Source: Candidatus Multivoradales bacterium
GTDB taxonomy: Bacteria; Acidobacteriota; Thermoanaerobaculia; Multivoradales; JAHEKO01
Direction of reading: 5' to 3'
DNA length: 64,000 nucleotides
NCBI GenBank assembly: GCA_965223155.1
Contig: CBDCVR010000013.1
Coordinates: 256,001-320,000 of the forward strand
Positions 20,912 to 30,140 of this stretch are shown here, one piece after another (position 1 is the first letter of the stretch; each line of letters starts with the position of its first letter). The position numbers and the translations under genes are program-made. The notes under the pieces are model-generated. The model was not told the DNA's origin. It made no database searches and saw only the letters and a program-made list of their open reading frames with translations.

Positions 20912-22833
20912 CGCAGAATCCAAAACGTCATGGCCAGCAGGCCGAAGAGTGCGTACAAGAGGTAGCTCCGGACGTTACCGGTAGTCGTCAGCCGCCCGAT
21001 CTCTCCGGCCAGGCGCGAGAGGACCGCCGGCGTATGGACGGCGCCCTCGACGAACACGCCGTCAAGAATCTTCCAGCACACCCGGGCCAGGGCGGCCAGC
21101 GGCCGGACGATGATCCGGTCGTAGGCCTCATCGACCCAGTACTTGTTCGCGAGGGTTCGGTGGACGGCGGGGAAGCGCTCGGCCCAGCGCCGGCCCTCTG
21201 CCAGACCCCGGTCCTTGTACAGCCGCCGGGCCAGGAAGATCCCGCCCAGCGCCACCGCCACCGACAGCGCCATCAACACCAGCTCCACCAGCACCGGCGC
21301 GTGGTGGTGCTCGCCATGCCCCACCTTCGCCACCACTGGCTCCAGATAGTGCGCGAACACGTTCCAGTCGAACGAGCCCAGCTTCGGCAGGCCGATCCAG
21401 CCCGCAAGCACCGAGCCCACCGCCAGGATCGCCAGCGGCACCGTCATCACCCGCGGCGACTCGTGCAGGTGATGCCGCTGCTCGTCCGTGCCCCGGAACT
21501 CGCCCGAGAACGTCATATAGATCAGCCGGAACATGTAGAATGCCGTCAGTCCCGCGGTCACCAGACCCACCAGCCACAGCACCTTGTGCTCCCCGAAGAC
21601 CGCCGCCAGGATCTGATCCTTCGAGAAGAAACCGGCAAGGCCCGGCACCCCGGCGATCGCAAGCGCCCCCACCAGCATCGTCAGATACGTCACCGGCAGC
21701 GCCTTCTTCAAGCCGCCCATCTTCGTCATGTCCTGTTCGCCGCTCATCGCGTGGATCACCGAGCCCGAGCCCAGAAACAGCAACGCCTTGAAGAACGCGT
21801 GCGTCCCCAGATGGAACACCGCCGCCGTGTACGCGCCCACCCCCGCCGCCAGAAACATGTACCCGAGCTGCGACACCGTCGAGTACGCCAGGACCTTCTT
21901 GATGTCCTTCTGCGCCAGGCCGATCGTGGCCGCGAACAGAGCCGTCAGCGCTCCGATGACCGCCACGAAGCCCGACACTCCGGGCGCGAGCTGGTAGAAC
22001 GCGTTCGTGCGCACCACCATGTACACCCCGGCGGTCACCATCGTGGCCGCGTGGATCAGGGCCGAGACCGGCGTCGGGCCGGCCATTGCGTCCGGCAGCC
22101 ACACGTAGAGCGGGATCTGGGCGCTCTTGCCCATGGCACCCACAAAGAGACACACGGCCACGAAGGCCGCGAACGACAGGCCCAGAAGATACGGCTCGGT
22201 CACCGCGTGCGGGTCGGCCTCGATCGCCGAGAAGATCGTCCCGTAGTCGAGCGTCCCGAACCGGCTGGCCAGGGCGAACAGGCCCAGCAGAAACGCGAAG
22301 TCCCCGATCCGGTTGACGATAAAGGCCTTCCGGCCGGCGTAGGGCGGAAACTCCTCCTCGTAGTAGAATCCGATCAAGAGATACGAGCACAGGCCCACGC
22401 CTTCCCAGCCCACAAAGGTCACCAGGAAGTTGTTGCCCAGGATCAAGAGCAGCATCGAGCCCATGAACAGATTCAGGTAGACGAAGTACCGCTGGTACCC
22501 GCCTTCATGCGCCATGTACCCGGCCGAGTACACGTGGATCAGGAACCCCACGAACGTCACCACGAACAGCATCACCGACGACAGCGGATCCAGGAGGAAA
22601 GCGACGTCGATCGCGAGCGGTCCGGCGGTCCAGGTGTAGACGGTTTGCTCGATGGCGGCGGGCGCCGCCGAACGCACGTAGGTCGCCAGGACCCAAAGGG
22701 ACAGGAGGAGGGAGAGGCCCGGGGCGGCCAGGGCCACGAAGGTGTGGGCCGCTCTGGGTGCTTTCGGACCGAGCAAGCCGTTGATGGCGGCGCCGGCGAA
22801 TGGCAGCAGGACGATGAGCCAGAGCAGTTCCAT
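20908..22833 (-). CDS. nuoL: NADH-quinone oxidoreductase subunit L
   Basis: GWEGVGLCSYLLIGF, GKSAQIPLYVWLPDAMAGPTPVSALIHAATM. Confidence 0.97.
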   Translation of the reverse strand: MELLWLIVLLPFAGAAINGLLGPKAPRAAHTFVALAAPGLSLLLSLWVLATYVRSAAPAAIEQTVYTWTAGPLAIDVAFLLDPLSSVMLFVVTFVGFLIHVYSAGYMAHEGGYQRYFVYLNLFMGSMLLLILGNNFLVTFVGWEGVGLCSYLLIGFYYEEEFPPYAGRKAFIVNRIGDFAFLLGLFALASRFGTLDYGTIFSAIEADPHAVTEPYLLGLSFAAFVAVCLFVGAMGKSAQIPLYVWLPDAMAGPTPVSALIHAATMVTAGVYMVVRTNAFYQLAPGVSGFVAVIGALTALFAATIGLAQKDIKKVLAYSTVSQLGYMFLAAGVGAYTAAVFHLGTHAFFKALLFLGSGSVIHAMSGEQDMTKMGGLKKALPVTYLTMLVGALAIAGVPGLAGFFSKDQILAAVFGEHKVLWLVGLVTAGLTAFYMFRLIYMTFSGEFRGTDEQRHHLHESPRVMTVPLAILAVGSVLAGWIGLPKLGSFDWNVFAHYLEPVVAKVGHGEHHHAPVLVELVLMALSVAVALGGIFLARRLYKDRGLAEGRRWAERFPAVHRTLANKYWVDEAYDRIIVRPLAALARVCWKILDGVFVEGAVHTPAVLSRLAGEIGRLTTTGNVRSYLLYALFGLLAMTFWILR

Positions 22834-22836
22834 GAG

Positions 22837-23163
22837 CTACCAGCGCATCAAGTTGAGTCGATTGATATCGATCGTCCGACCTTGACGGTAGACGGCGATG
22901 AACAGAGCCAAGCCGACCGCGGCCTCGGCGGCGGCGACCGCGAAGACCATGAGCACGAGGACCTGGCCGTCCAGAGCGGCGGCGTGCGAGCCGGCCTGGA
23001 TCCAGGCGCGTCCGAAGGCGACGATCGCCAGGTTGACCGCGTCGAGCATCAGCTCCACGGACAGGAAGAGCGAGATGCCGTTGCGCCGGGTCAGCACGCC
23101 GACGACGCCGATCGCGAAGAGCGCCGCGGCCAGGACCAGGTACCAGGAGATCGGTACGGTCAT
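22837..23163 (-). CDS. nuoK: NADH-quinone oxidoreductase subunit K
   Basis: [22 protein letters not shown]. Confidence 0.95.
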   Translation of the reverse strand: MTVPISWYLVLAAALFAIGVVGVLTRRNGISLFLSVELMLDAVNLAIVAFGRAWIQAGSHAAALDGQVLVLMVFAVAAAEAAVGLALFIAVYRQGRTIDINRLNLMRW

Positions 23164-23690
23164 CGTGGGGATTCTCCGGGGCGAACGTCCTCTTCGAGGT
23201 CGCGCTCGCGGCGGGCGAGCGCCGTGGCCGCGATGACCGCCGCCAGCAAGAGCAGGCCGACCATCTCGAAGGGCAGCAGGTACTTTCCGAGAAGCTGCCG
23301 CGCCAGCGGTTTCAGAGCGACGTCCTCAGGCACCAGCGGGCCGAGTTCGAAACCGTGGAAGCGGCCCCAGTAGAGCAGTAGCAGCAGCGCGGCGAAGCCG
23401 GCGGCGGCCACGAGAGCCAGGATGCGCTGGGTGATTCCCGGCCCAGCGGGCTCATCGCCGACATTGAGCAGCATGATGACGAAAAGAAAGAGCACCAGGA
23501 TGGCGCCGGTGTAGACGAGTACCTGGAGAGCGGCCAGGAAGGGGGCGCCGAGCAGGACGAAGAGCACCGCGATGGCGACGAAGGTCACCACCAGGCTCAT
23601 GACCGAATAGACCGGATTCCGGTGCCAGACCACCAGTACGGCCGAGATCAGTGCCAGCGCCCCGAAGATCAGGAAGACGGCGACTTCCAT
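23160..23690 (-). CDS. nuoJ: NADH-quinone oxidoreductase subunit J
   Basis: [29 protein letters not shown]; start ATG 23690. Confidence 0.95.
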   Translation of the reverse strand: MEVAVFLIFGALALISAVLVVWHRNPVYSVMSLVVTFVAIAVLFVLLGAPFLAALQVLVYTGAILVLFLFVIMLLNVGDEPAGPGITQRILALVAAAGFAALLLLLYWGRFHGFELGPLVPEDVALKPLARQLLGKYLLPFEMVGLLLLAAVIAATALARRERDLEEDVRPGESPR

Positions 23691-24730
23691 CACAGAATCC
23701 CGCCCACGGTGAGCGCCGCCACCAGGATGAAGTTGGCGACCGCCAGGGGCAGCAGCACCTTCCAGCCCAGCTTCAAGAGCTGGTCGAAGCGGAAGCGCGG
23801 GAAGGTCCAGCGGACCCAGACGAAGAACAGCATGAAAAGACTCGACTTCGCCAGCAGCACGCCCATGCCCATGAGCGCGACCCACCACCAGGGGCCGGTC
23901 CAGAACAGGCCGGGCAGGTGCCAACCGCCTAGGTACAGGGTCGCGCCCAGGCAGGAGAGCGTCGCCATCGCCATGTACTCGCCCATGAAGAACAGGGCGA
24001 ACTTCATCGAGCTGTACTCGGTGTGGTACCCAGCCACCAGCTCCGACTCGGCCTCGGGAAGATCGAACGGCAGCCGGTTGGTCTCAGCGAACGCCGCCAC
24101 CACGAAGACCAGAAAACCGATGCACTGGGGCAGGGCGTTCCAGCGCGGCACGAAGCCGAGCCAGGTGCCTTGCTGGTAGGCGACGACATCCGCCAGCTCG
24201 AGCGAGCCCACGGGCACCAGGGCGGCGACGACGGCGAGCGTCAGCGCCAGCTCGTAGCTGATCATCTGCGCCGAGGCGCGGATCGCTCCGAGCAGGGAGT
24301 ACTTGTTGTTCGAGCTGTAGCCGGCCATGACCAGCGAATAGACGCCCAGGCTGGCCAACGCCAATAGCAGCAGGACTCCGGTCTCGGCGCCCGCGACCAC
24401 GAGCGGCACCGATTGCCCGGCAACGGTCACGTCCGGCCCGAACGGAATCACCACGAAGGTCGTGAGCGCGGGCAGGAGCGCGAGTACCGGCGCCAGCCGG
24501 TACAGGAAGGGATCGGCCTCGCTCGGCACAACGTCTTCTTTGCACAGGAACTTGACCGCGTCGGCGAGGGACTGGAAGAGCCCCAGGGGGCCGACCCGGT
24601 TGGGACCGACCCGATCCTGGATGAGCGCGCTGCCGCGCCGCTCGATCCAGACCATGATCGGCGTTACCTGGAGCAGGAGTGCTATCCAGAGGGCCAACTT
24701 GGCGGCGGTGGCGGCCAGCTCGAAGGTCAT
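23690..24730 (-). CDS. nuoH: NADH-quinone oxidoreductase subunit H
   Basis: ERR...QDRVGPNRVG, AETNRLPFDLPEAESELVAGY. Confidence 0.97.
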   Translation of the reverse strand: MTFELAATAAKLALWIALLLQVTPIMVWIERRGSALIQDRVGPNRVGPLGLFQSLADAVKFLCKEDVVPSEADPFLYRLAPVLALLPALTTFVVIPFGPDVTVAGQSVPLVVAGAETGVLLLLALASLGVYSLVMAGYSSNNKYSLLGAIRASAQMISYELALTLAVVAALVPVGSLELADVVAYQQGTWLGFVPRWNALPQCIGFLVFVVAAFAETNRLPFDLPEAESELVAGYHTEYSSMKFALFFMGEYMAMATLSCLGATLYLGGWHLPGLFWTGPWWWVALMGMGVLLAKSSLFMLFFVWVRWTFPRFRFDQLLKLGWKVLLPLAVANFILVAALTVGGIL

Positions 24731-26367
24731 GAAGCCTCGCGAACCTCCCGATCGAGGAGATGACCGCTGGCCGGCAGCGACCGCAGCGTGAGTCCGGCGA
24801 GGGCCGGCACCTCGGCGGCCAGGATTCGGAAGACACTCTGTGGATCGGTGCCCTCGAAGTCCGGATCGAACCGACGCAGAAGATCGGAGAGGGCTTCGGT
24901 GCCGGTTCGAACGCCCGCGCTCGGGGGAAATGCCTTCTCGAAGCGCTGGATCCGGTTCTGCGAGTTGACGAAGGTGCCCTCGGTTTCGGCGTGGGTGGCG
25001 ATCGGCAAGACGAAGTCGGCGATCGCGCTCAAGGGGGTCTCACCCCAGCCCAGGACGACCAGGGGCGATGCGGCGGCCAGAAGTTGCAGCACGTTCTCGT
25101 CGTAGAGGGCCGAGGTCGCCTCCTCGACGCTCTCGCCGGCCAGGCCGCCGTCCAGGATCACGACCGGTTGGCCCGCTAGATCCCAGTCCGTCAGAAGCTT
25201 CTTCAGGTTCTCTGTCATACCCTCGGCGACCGGTAGGCCGGCGAGCTCGCTGCCGCGGCGATTCGGAGTTCGTTCGCCGCCGACCAAGTCGCCGTTCGGA
25301 TTCGGGATCGTGCGGGTGGGTCCGCCTTCCGCGAGGACGGCCCGCTTGTCCGTGCTCAGGGCCTGGGCCAGCCGCGCCAGGACGAAGGCTTCTTCGGTGG
25401 TCGCGTGTCCCCGGGCCAGGATCCCGGTGGCGGCGCCGGCGCTGGCGAGCTGATGCTCGAGATCGGTCACTAGGTCCTGCCAGCTAGCGGCCACGAACTC
25501 GGCGCTCTTGTCCGGCCGGCGGCCGGGAGTCATGAGGCGTTTCGCGCCGTAGGACTCGAACGTCGTGCGCCCGTGGTCGCACATCCAATAATCGTTGACG
25601 TGTTCGTTGAAGCGAGGCTTGTACCGGCGAATCTGACCCTGGCGATGTTCGAGCGTGATGTTGCAGCCCGCGTCGCAGCCGGTGCACAGGGACGGCTTCT
25701 TGTCGAGATACCAGACCCTCTCGGCAAAGCGGAACTTGGTCGAGGTGAGCGCTCCGACCGGGCAGACGTCGACGACGCAGGTCGACAGCTCGTTGTCGAG
25801 CTCCTTCCCCGGGAAAACCCCGATCTCGGCGCGCGATCCGCGCTGGAAGAAGCCCAGCTCGCCCGTCTTCGTGATCGATTCGGTAAAGCGGACGCAGCGC
25901 GTGCACTGGATGCACCGGTTCATGTTGAGCAGCACGTTGGCTCCGAGCGGGATCCGCTCCTTGCCCGGATAGGTGCGTTTGTCTTCGTAGGCGAAGCGGG
26001 AGAAGGCCTGGCCGTGCCTGAAGGAGTAGTCCTGCAGCCCGCACTCGCCGGCCTGGTCGCAGATCGGGCAGTCCAGCGGATGGTTGATCAGGAGGAACTC
26101 CATGATTCCTTCCTGCGCCGCGCGCACCTCGTCGTCATCGACGTGGACCACCATGCCTTCCTTCATGACCTGGGTGGTGCATCCGGTCTGTAGCTTGCCC
26201 ATGCCGTCGATCTTGACCAGGCACATGCGGCACTGGCCGACCACCGGCAGGCGCGGGTGGTAGCAGTAGTGGGGGATCTGGACGCCGGCCTGGAGTGCGG
26301 CATCGACCAGGTTGGTGCCCGGCTCGACTTCGATCGTGCGGCCGTCGATGGTGACCTCTACGGGCAC
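24727..26367 (-). CDS. nuoG: NADH-quinone oxidoreductase subunit G
   Basis: HYCYHPRL..GQCRMC, HPLDCPICDQAGEC, CIQCTRC. Confidence 0.93.
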   Translation of the reverse strand: MPVEVTIDGRTIEVEPGTNLVDAALQAGVQIPHYCYHPRLPVVGQCRMCLVKIDGMGKLQTGCTTQVMKEGMVVHVDDDEVRAAQEGIMEFLLINHPLDCPICDQAGECGLQDYSFRHGQAFSRFAYEDKRTYPGKERIPLGANVLLNMNRCIQCTRCVRFTESITKTGELGFFQRGSRAEIGVFPGKELDNELSTCVVDVCPVGALTSTKFRFAERVWYLDKKPSLCTGCDAGCNITLEHRQGQIRRYKPRFNEHVNDYWMCDHGRTTFESYGAKRLMTPGRRPDKSAEFVAASWQDLVTDLEHQLASAGAATGILARGHATTEEAFVLARLAQALSTDKRAVLAEGGPTRTIPNPNGDLVGGERTPNRRGSELAGLPVAEGMTENLKKLLTDWDLAGQPVVILDGGLAGESVEEATSALYDENVLQLLAAASPLVVLGWGETPLSAIADFVLPIATHAETEGTFVNSQNRIQRFEKAFPPSAGVRTGTEALSDLLRRFDPDFEGTDPQSVFRILAAEVPALAGLTLRSLPASGHLLDREVREAS

Positions 26368-27665
26368 GAACTCGCCTCATCGAAAACCGGCTGGTACGGC
26401 AGCGGGCAGGCGCCCGCTTCGATGTGAGCGTCGATCTCGACCCGGAAGTTCTGGGCCAGCGAGCGCACCGGTCCGACGCAGGCGTCGGCCAGGGCGCAAA
26501 GCGCCGTGCCGCTCATGTTGCCGGTCATGCGCAGCAAGAGATCGGCGTCGGCCGGGGTCGCCTTGCCGGCTTCGATTCGCCCCAGGACGAGCTGCGACCA
26601 GTTGGTGCCCTCCCGGCAGGGAGTGCACTGACCACAGGATTCGTGGGCGAAGAACTTGGCGAGCCGGTAGACGGCGCGCACGAGACACACGGTCTCGTTC
26701 ATGACCACGACCGCGGCCGAGCCCAGCATCGAGCCTGCTTGAGCCAAGCTGTCGAAGTCCATGGGGGTGTGGCTCTTGTCAGCCGGAAGCAGGGCCGCCG
26801 AGGCCCCGCCCGGGATGAAGGCCTTGAGCGGGATACCGTCCAGCATGCCGCCAGCGTCCTCCAGCAGTCGATCCAGGGAGACGCCGATCGGGTGCTCGTA
26901 GACTCCCGGTCGCTCGACGTGGCCCGAGATGCAGTAGAGCTTCGGGCCGGTGTTGCGCTCGTCCGTGCCGATGGCCTGGTACCAGTCCGCGCCCTGGAGC
27001 AGGATGTGGGGGACGTTGCACAGGGTCTCGACGTTGTTGATGACCGTCGGCGCGCCGAACGCGCCCACGACGGCGGGGAAGGGCGGCTTGATGCGGGGCT
27101 GGCCGCGCCTGCCTTCGAGAGATTCCAACATGCCGGTCTCTTCGCCGCAGATGTAAGCGCCCGCGCCCCGGTGGACCCGCATCGAGAGCTTGGCCTTGGA
27201 GCCCAGCACCGAGTCGCCCAGAATCCCGCCCTCGTAAGCCTCGCGGATGGCGTCTTCCAGGATCTCCGCCTGGTGAACGTACTCGCCGCGGATATAGATG
27301 TAACAGTGCTCGGCGCCGACCGCGTAGCAGCAGATCGCGCAGCCCTCGATCAGTTGGTGGGGATCGGTCTCGATCAGCAACCGATCCTTGAAGGTGCCTG
27401 GCTCGGATTCGTCGGCGTTGCAGACCAGGTACCTGGGGCCGTCAACGTCCTTGGGGATAAAACTCCACTTGAGGCCAGCGGGGAAGCCGGCGCCGCCCCG
27501 ACCGCGGAGTCCCGAGTCCTTGACTTGTTGGATGATCTCCTCGCGGTCCAGGTTCAGGGCGTTGGCCAGGGCCTCGTACCCCGCGCTCTTGCGGTACGCG
27601 CCGAGACCGACGGGACCGCTACCGGCCCTGGCCAGGCGCTGGAGAAGGACGGGTTCGTACGCCAT
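26358..27665 (-). CDS. nuoF: NADH-quinone oxidoreductase subunit F
   Basis: GLRGRGGAGF, NADESEPGTFKD, ESCGQCTPCREG. Confidence 0.97.
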   Translation of the reverse strand: MAYEPVLLQRLARAGSGPVGLGAYRKSAGYEALANALNLDREEIIQQVKDSGLRGRGGAGFPAGLKWSFIPKDVDGPRYLVCNADESEPGTFKDRLLIETDPHQLIEGCAICCYAVGAEHCYIYIRGEYVHQAEILEDAIREAYEGGILGDSVLGSKAKLSMRVHRGAGAYICGEETGMLESLEGRRGQPRIKPPFPAVVGAFGAPTVINNVETLCNVPHILLQGADWYQAIGTDERNTGPKLYCISGHVERPGVYEHPIGVSLDRLLEDAGGMLDGIPLKAFIPGGASAALLPADKSHTPMDFDSLAQAGSMLGSAAVVVMNETVCLVRAVYRLAKFFAHESCGQCTPCREGTNWSQLVLGRIEAGKATPADADLLLRMTGNMSGTALCALADACVGPVRSLAQNFRVEIDAHIEAGACPLPYQPVFDEASSCP

Positions 27666-28165
27666 CAGTCGAGCTCCGCCAAGATCTCGCGCACCTTCTC
27701 CGGGGTCAGGCGCGGATGGTAGGTGTCATCGACCATCATCATGGGCGCCTGCTCGCAGGCGCCGAGGCACTCGAAGTGGGTGACCGAGCAGCGGCCGTCG
27801 CCGGAAACCTCGTCTTCGTCCACGCCCAACTCGTTCTTGACCGCGGCCAGAATCTCGTTGGCGCCGCGCAGAGTGCAGGAAAGATTCGTGCACACCCGGA
27901 TGCGATGCCGCCCGACCGGGTGCTGATGGTAAAGGTCGTAGAAGGTGACGACGCCGTAGACCTTGGCCGGCGCGAGATCGAGGGCCTGAGCCACCGCCAG
28001 GATCGCCTCGTCCGGGAGCCATCCCTGCCAGTGCTTCTGCGCCAGATGGAGGGCGGGCAAGAGCAGTGCCTCCTCGGTCGGATAGTGCTCGCGCAGCTTG
28101 TCGATCTCGCGGCTCAGTTCGGCCGGGACCTCGGGAACCGCCGCCGAGGCGGCGCAATCAGGCAT
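27665..28165 (-). CDS. nuoE: NADH-quinone oxidoreductase subunit E
   Basis: CTNLSC...CLGAC 2Fe-2S motif. Confidence 0.95.
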   Translation of the reverse strand: MPDCAASAAVPEVPAELSREIDKLREHYPTEEALLLPALHLAQKHWQGWLPDEAILAVAQALDLAPAKVYGVVTFYDLYHQHPVGRHRIRVCTNLSCTLRGANEILAAVKNELGVDEDEVSGDGRCSVTHFECLGACEQAPMMMVDDTYHPRLTPEKVREILAELD

Positions 28166-28550
28166 GCCGGGCTCCTGCGCCGCCCTTGATGTACTTCTGG
28201 AGATCCAGCCCGCCCTTCTTCCAGAGGTAGACGAAGCCGACCAGGATGAGGGCGACGAAAACCATCATTGCCCAGAACAGCGGCCAGCCGCCTTCCCGGA
28301 TGATGAGCACCCAGGGATAGAGAAACGCGGCCTCGACGTCGAAGACGACGAAGTCGATCGCGATCAAGAAGAAGAGCACCGAAATGCGCTTGTGCGACCG
28401 GTCCAGAAGATCGTGACCGGACTCGTATGGCGTCAGCAGGGTGCGGGCGCCCAGCTTGCGCGTGACGAAGTGGGACACCGCTAGAATGCCGACGCCGAGC
28501 GCGATGGCGACCCCCAAAGCCAGCAGCACCGGATAGTGATCTTGTGGCAT
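28158..28550 (-). CDS. nuoA: NADH-quinone oxidoreductase subunit A
   Basis: PYESG, FDVEAAFLYPW, YLWKKGGL. Confidence 0.93.
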   Translation of the reverse strand: MPQDHYPVLLALGVAIALGVGILAVSHFVTRKLGARTLLTPYESGHDLLDRSHKRISVLFFLIAIDFVVFDVEAAFLYPWVLIIREGGWPLFWAMMVFVALILVGFVYLWKKGGLDLQKYIKGGAGARHA

Positions 28551-28625
28551 TCAGCTACGTGAAAAGCCTGAATCGTGACCTGGAATGGAAGCCCGGAAAT
28601 CGCTCAACAGAGCCCCCCTCCGAGC

Positions 28626-28643
28626 TCGTGAAGAATGTCACAA
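28626..28643. promoter_or_regulatory. putative Rex operator
   Basis: TCGTGAA-GAAT-GTCACAA vs consensus TTGTGAA-N4-TTCACAA (2 mismatches), 75 bp upstream of nuoA; rex is the last gene of the operon. Confidence 0.75.
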
Positions 28644-28741
28644 GCTCCGCGAGGTGACAAGCCCGGACGACTGCAACTCCGCTTCTCAGGTGGGTCCGGA
28701 GCGCCATCCGAGCGGGAGTTTCCGGATAGACTGCTTCGCCT

Positions 28742-30097
28742 ATGAAGCGCTGGTTTGGCTTCGCGATCTTCGCTTTGGCGGCATGTTCTCCGTCCACCGA
28801 CGCCAACCGGGATCGGCCGGCGGAGAAGCCGTACCGCCCCAATGTCCTGCTGATCGTCGTGGACGCTCTGCGCGCCGATACCCTGGGCATCAACGGCTAC
28901 CCGCTGCCGACGAGCCCGAACATCGACGCCTTGGCCGCGGAAGGCGCGAACTTCGCGCGGACCTACTCGCACTCGACCTGGACGAAGCCGGCGATGGCGT
29001 CGCTTTTCACTTCGACCTATCCCATCCAGCACGGTCTAAACCGGGTCGCTTTCTTAGAAGAGTCAAAGCTCAGCACCGACGTGTTGGCCGGGACCTTCAC
29101 GACCATGGCCGAACACTTTTCGGCCGCCGGATATGACGCGCGGGCCTACGTCAACCAGGTGCACTTGCAGGAGAAGTTCGGTTTCGCCCAGGGCTTCGAG
29201 CAATTTGCCGCCGCCCGGGGCTCGAGCGCCTACAAGCTGAACTACCGGTTCCTGACTTGGCTCGACAAGAGGGAAGCGAACAGTGTTTCCCGTCCGTTCC
29301 TCGCCTACTTGCACTACCTAGAGCCGCACTGGCCCTACGACAGGAGACGGCCTGACCTCCCGGACGAGCTCCAGGAAGTGCAGATGGAATCGGAACCGCC
29401 GCGCTCGGGATTCGATGTGCCGGCGTGGCTCGAGGCCGGCCTCTCGGGCGCGGACCTTGCCGCCTTGCGCGCTCGCTACGACCGGGAGGTGGCCGTGGCG
29501 GATGGCGCCATCGGCTTGCTTTGGTCGGAGCTTCGGAAACGCGGTCTGACCCGAGACCTCTTGGTCGTGGTGACGTCGGATCACGGCGAGGCGTTCCTGG
29601 AGCATGGCCATCTCTTGCACGGCCACGCACCCTACGAAGAAGAGGTCCGGGTCCCTCTGGTCCTGCGCCTGCCCGAGAGGCTACGGCCGGCTGCCGAACG
29701 CCTCGACGACCCGGTTGGCCTGATCGACGTGCTCCCGACCCTCAGCGAGCTCTGCGCGCTCGAGCCCCCTGAGGGGGCGATGGGGCGCAGCCTGGTTCCT
29801 CTGCTGAGAGGCGAGACGCTTCCAGATAGGAGTCTTTTCATCGAGACGGCCGAAGGCGTGGCGGTCGTCGCCGGGACCTCGAAGCTGATTCGGTTCGCCG
29901 ACGACTCGCTGGCTTTCGTTTCGCTGGACGAGGATCCGGGCGAGAGCCGGCCGGCTACGGAATGCGTTGGCGCTTGCCGGGAGATGGCGGCGACCCTCCG
30001 AACATACTTTCGCCTGCCCCGCCTGGCCGGTGGGGAAGCGGCGAATCTGACCCGGGAGGAAATCGACGATCTTCGAGACCTGGGCTATCTGAACTGA
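28742..30097 (+). CDS. sulfatase-like hydrolase/transferase lipoprotein
   Basis: Lipobox LAAC, DALRAD, WTKPAMASLFTS, SDHGE. Confidence 0.85.
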   Translation: MKRWFGFAIFALAACSPSTDANRDRPAEKPYRPNVLLIVVDALRADTLGINGYPLPTSPNIDALAAEGANFARTYSHSTWTKPAMASLFTSTYPIQHGLNRVAFLEESKLSTDVLAGTFTTMAEHFSAAGYDARAYVNQVHLQEKFGFAQGFEQFAAARGSSAYKLNYRFLTWLDKREANSVSRPFLAYLHYLEPHWPYDRRRPDLPDELQEVQMESEPPRSGFDVPAWLEAGLSGADLAALRARYDREVAVADGAIGLLWSELRKRGLTRDLLVVVTSDHGEAFLEHGHLLHGHAPYEEEVRVPLVLRLPERLRPAAERLDDPVGLIDVLPTLSELCALEPPEGAMGRSLVPLLRGETLPDRSLFIETAEGVAVVAGTSKLIRFADDSLAFVSLDEDPGESRPATECVGACREMAATLRTYFRLPRLAGGEAANLTREEIDDLRDLGYLN

Positions 30098-30140
30098 GCC
30101 TTCCGATTCAGCCCGAATCTTCGAGCTAGGCGCCTACGGC

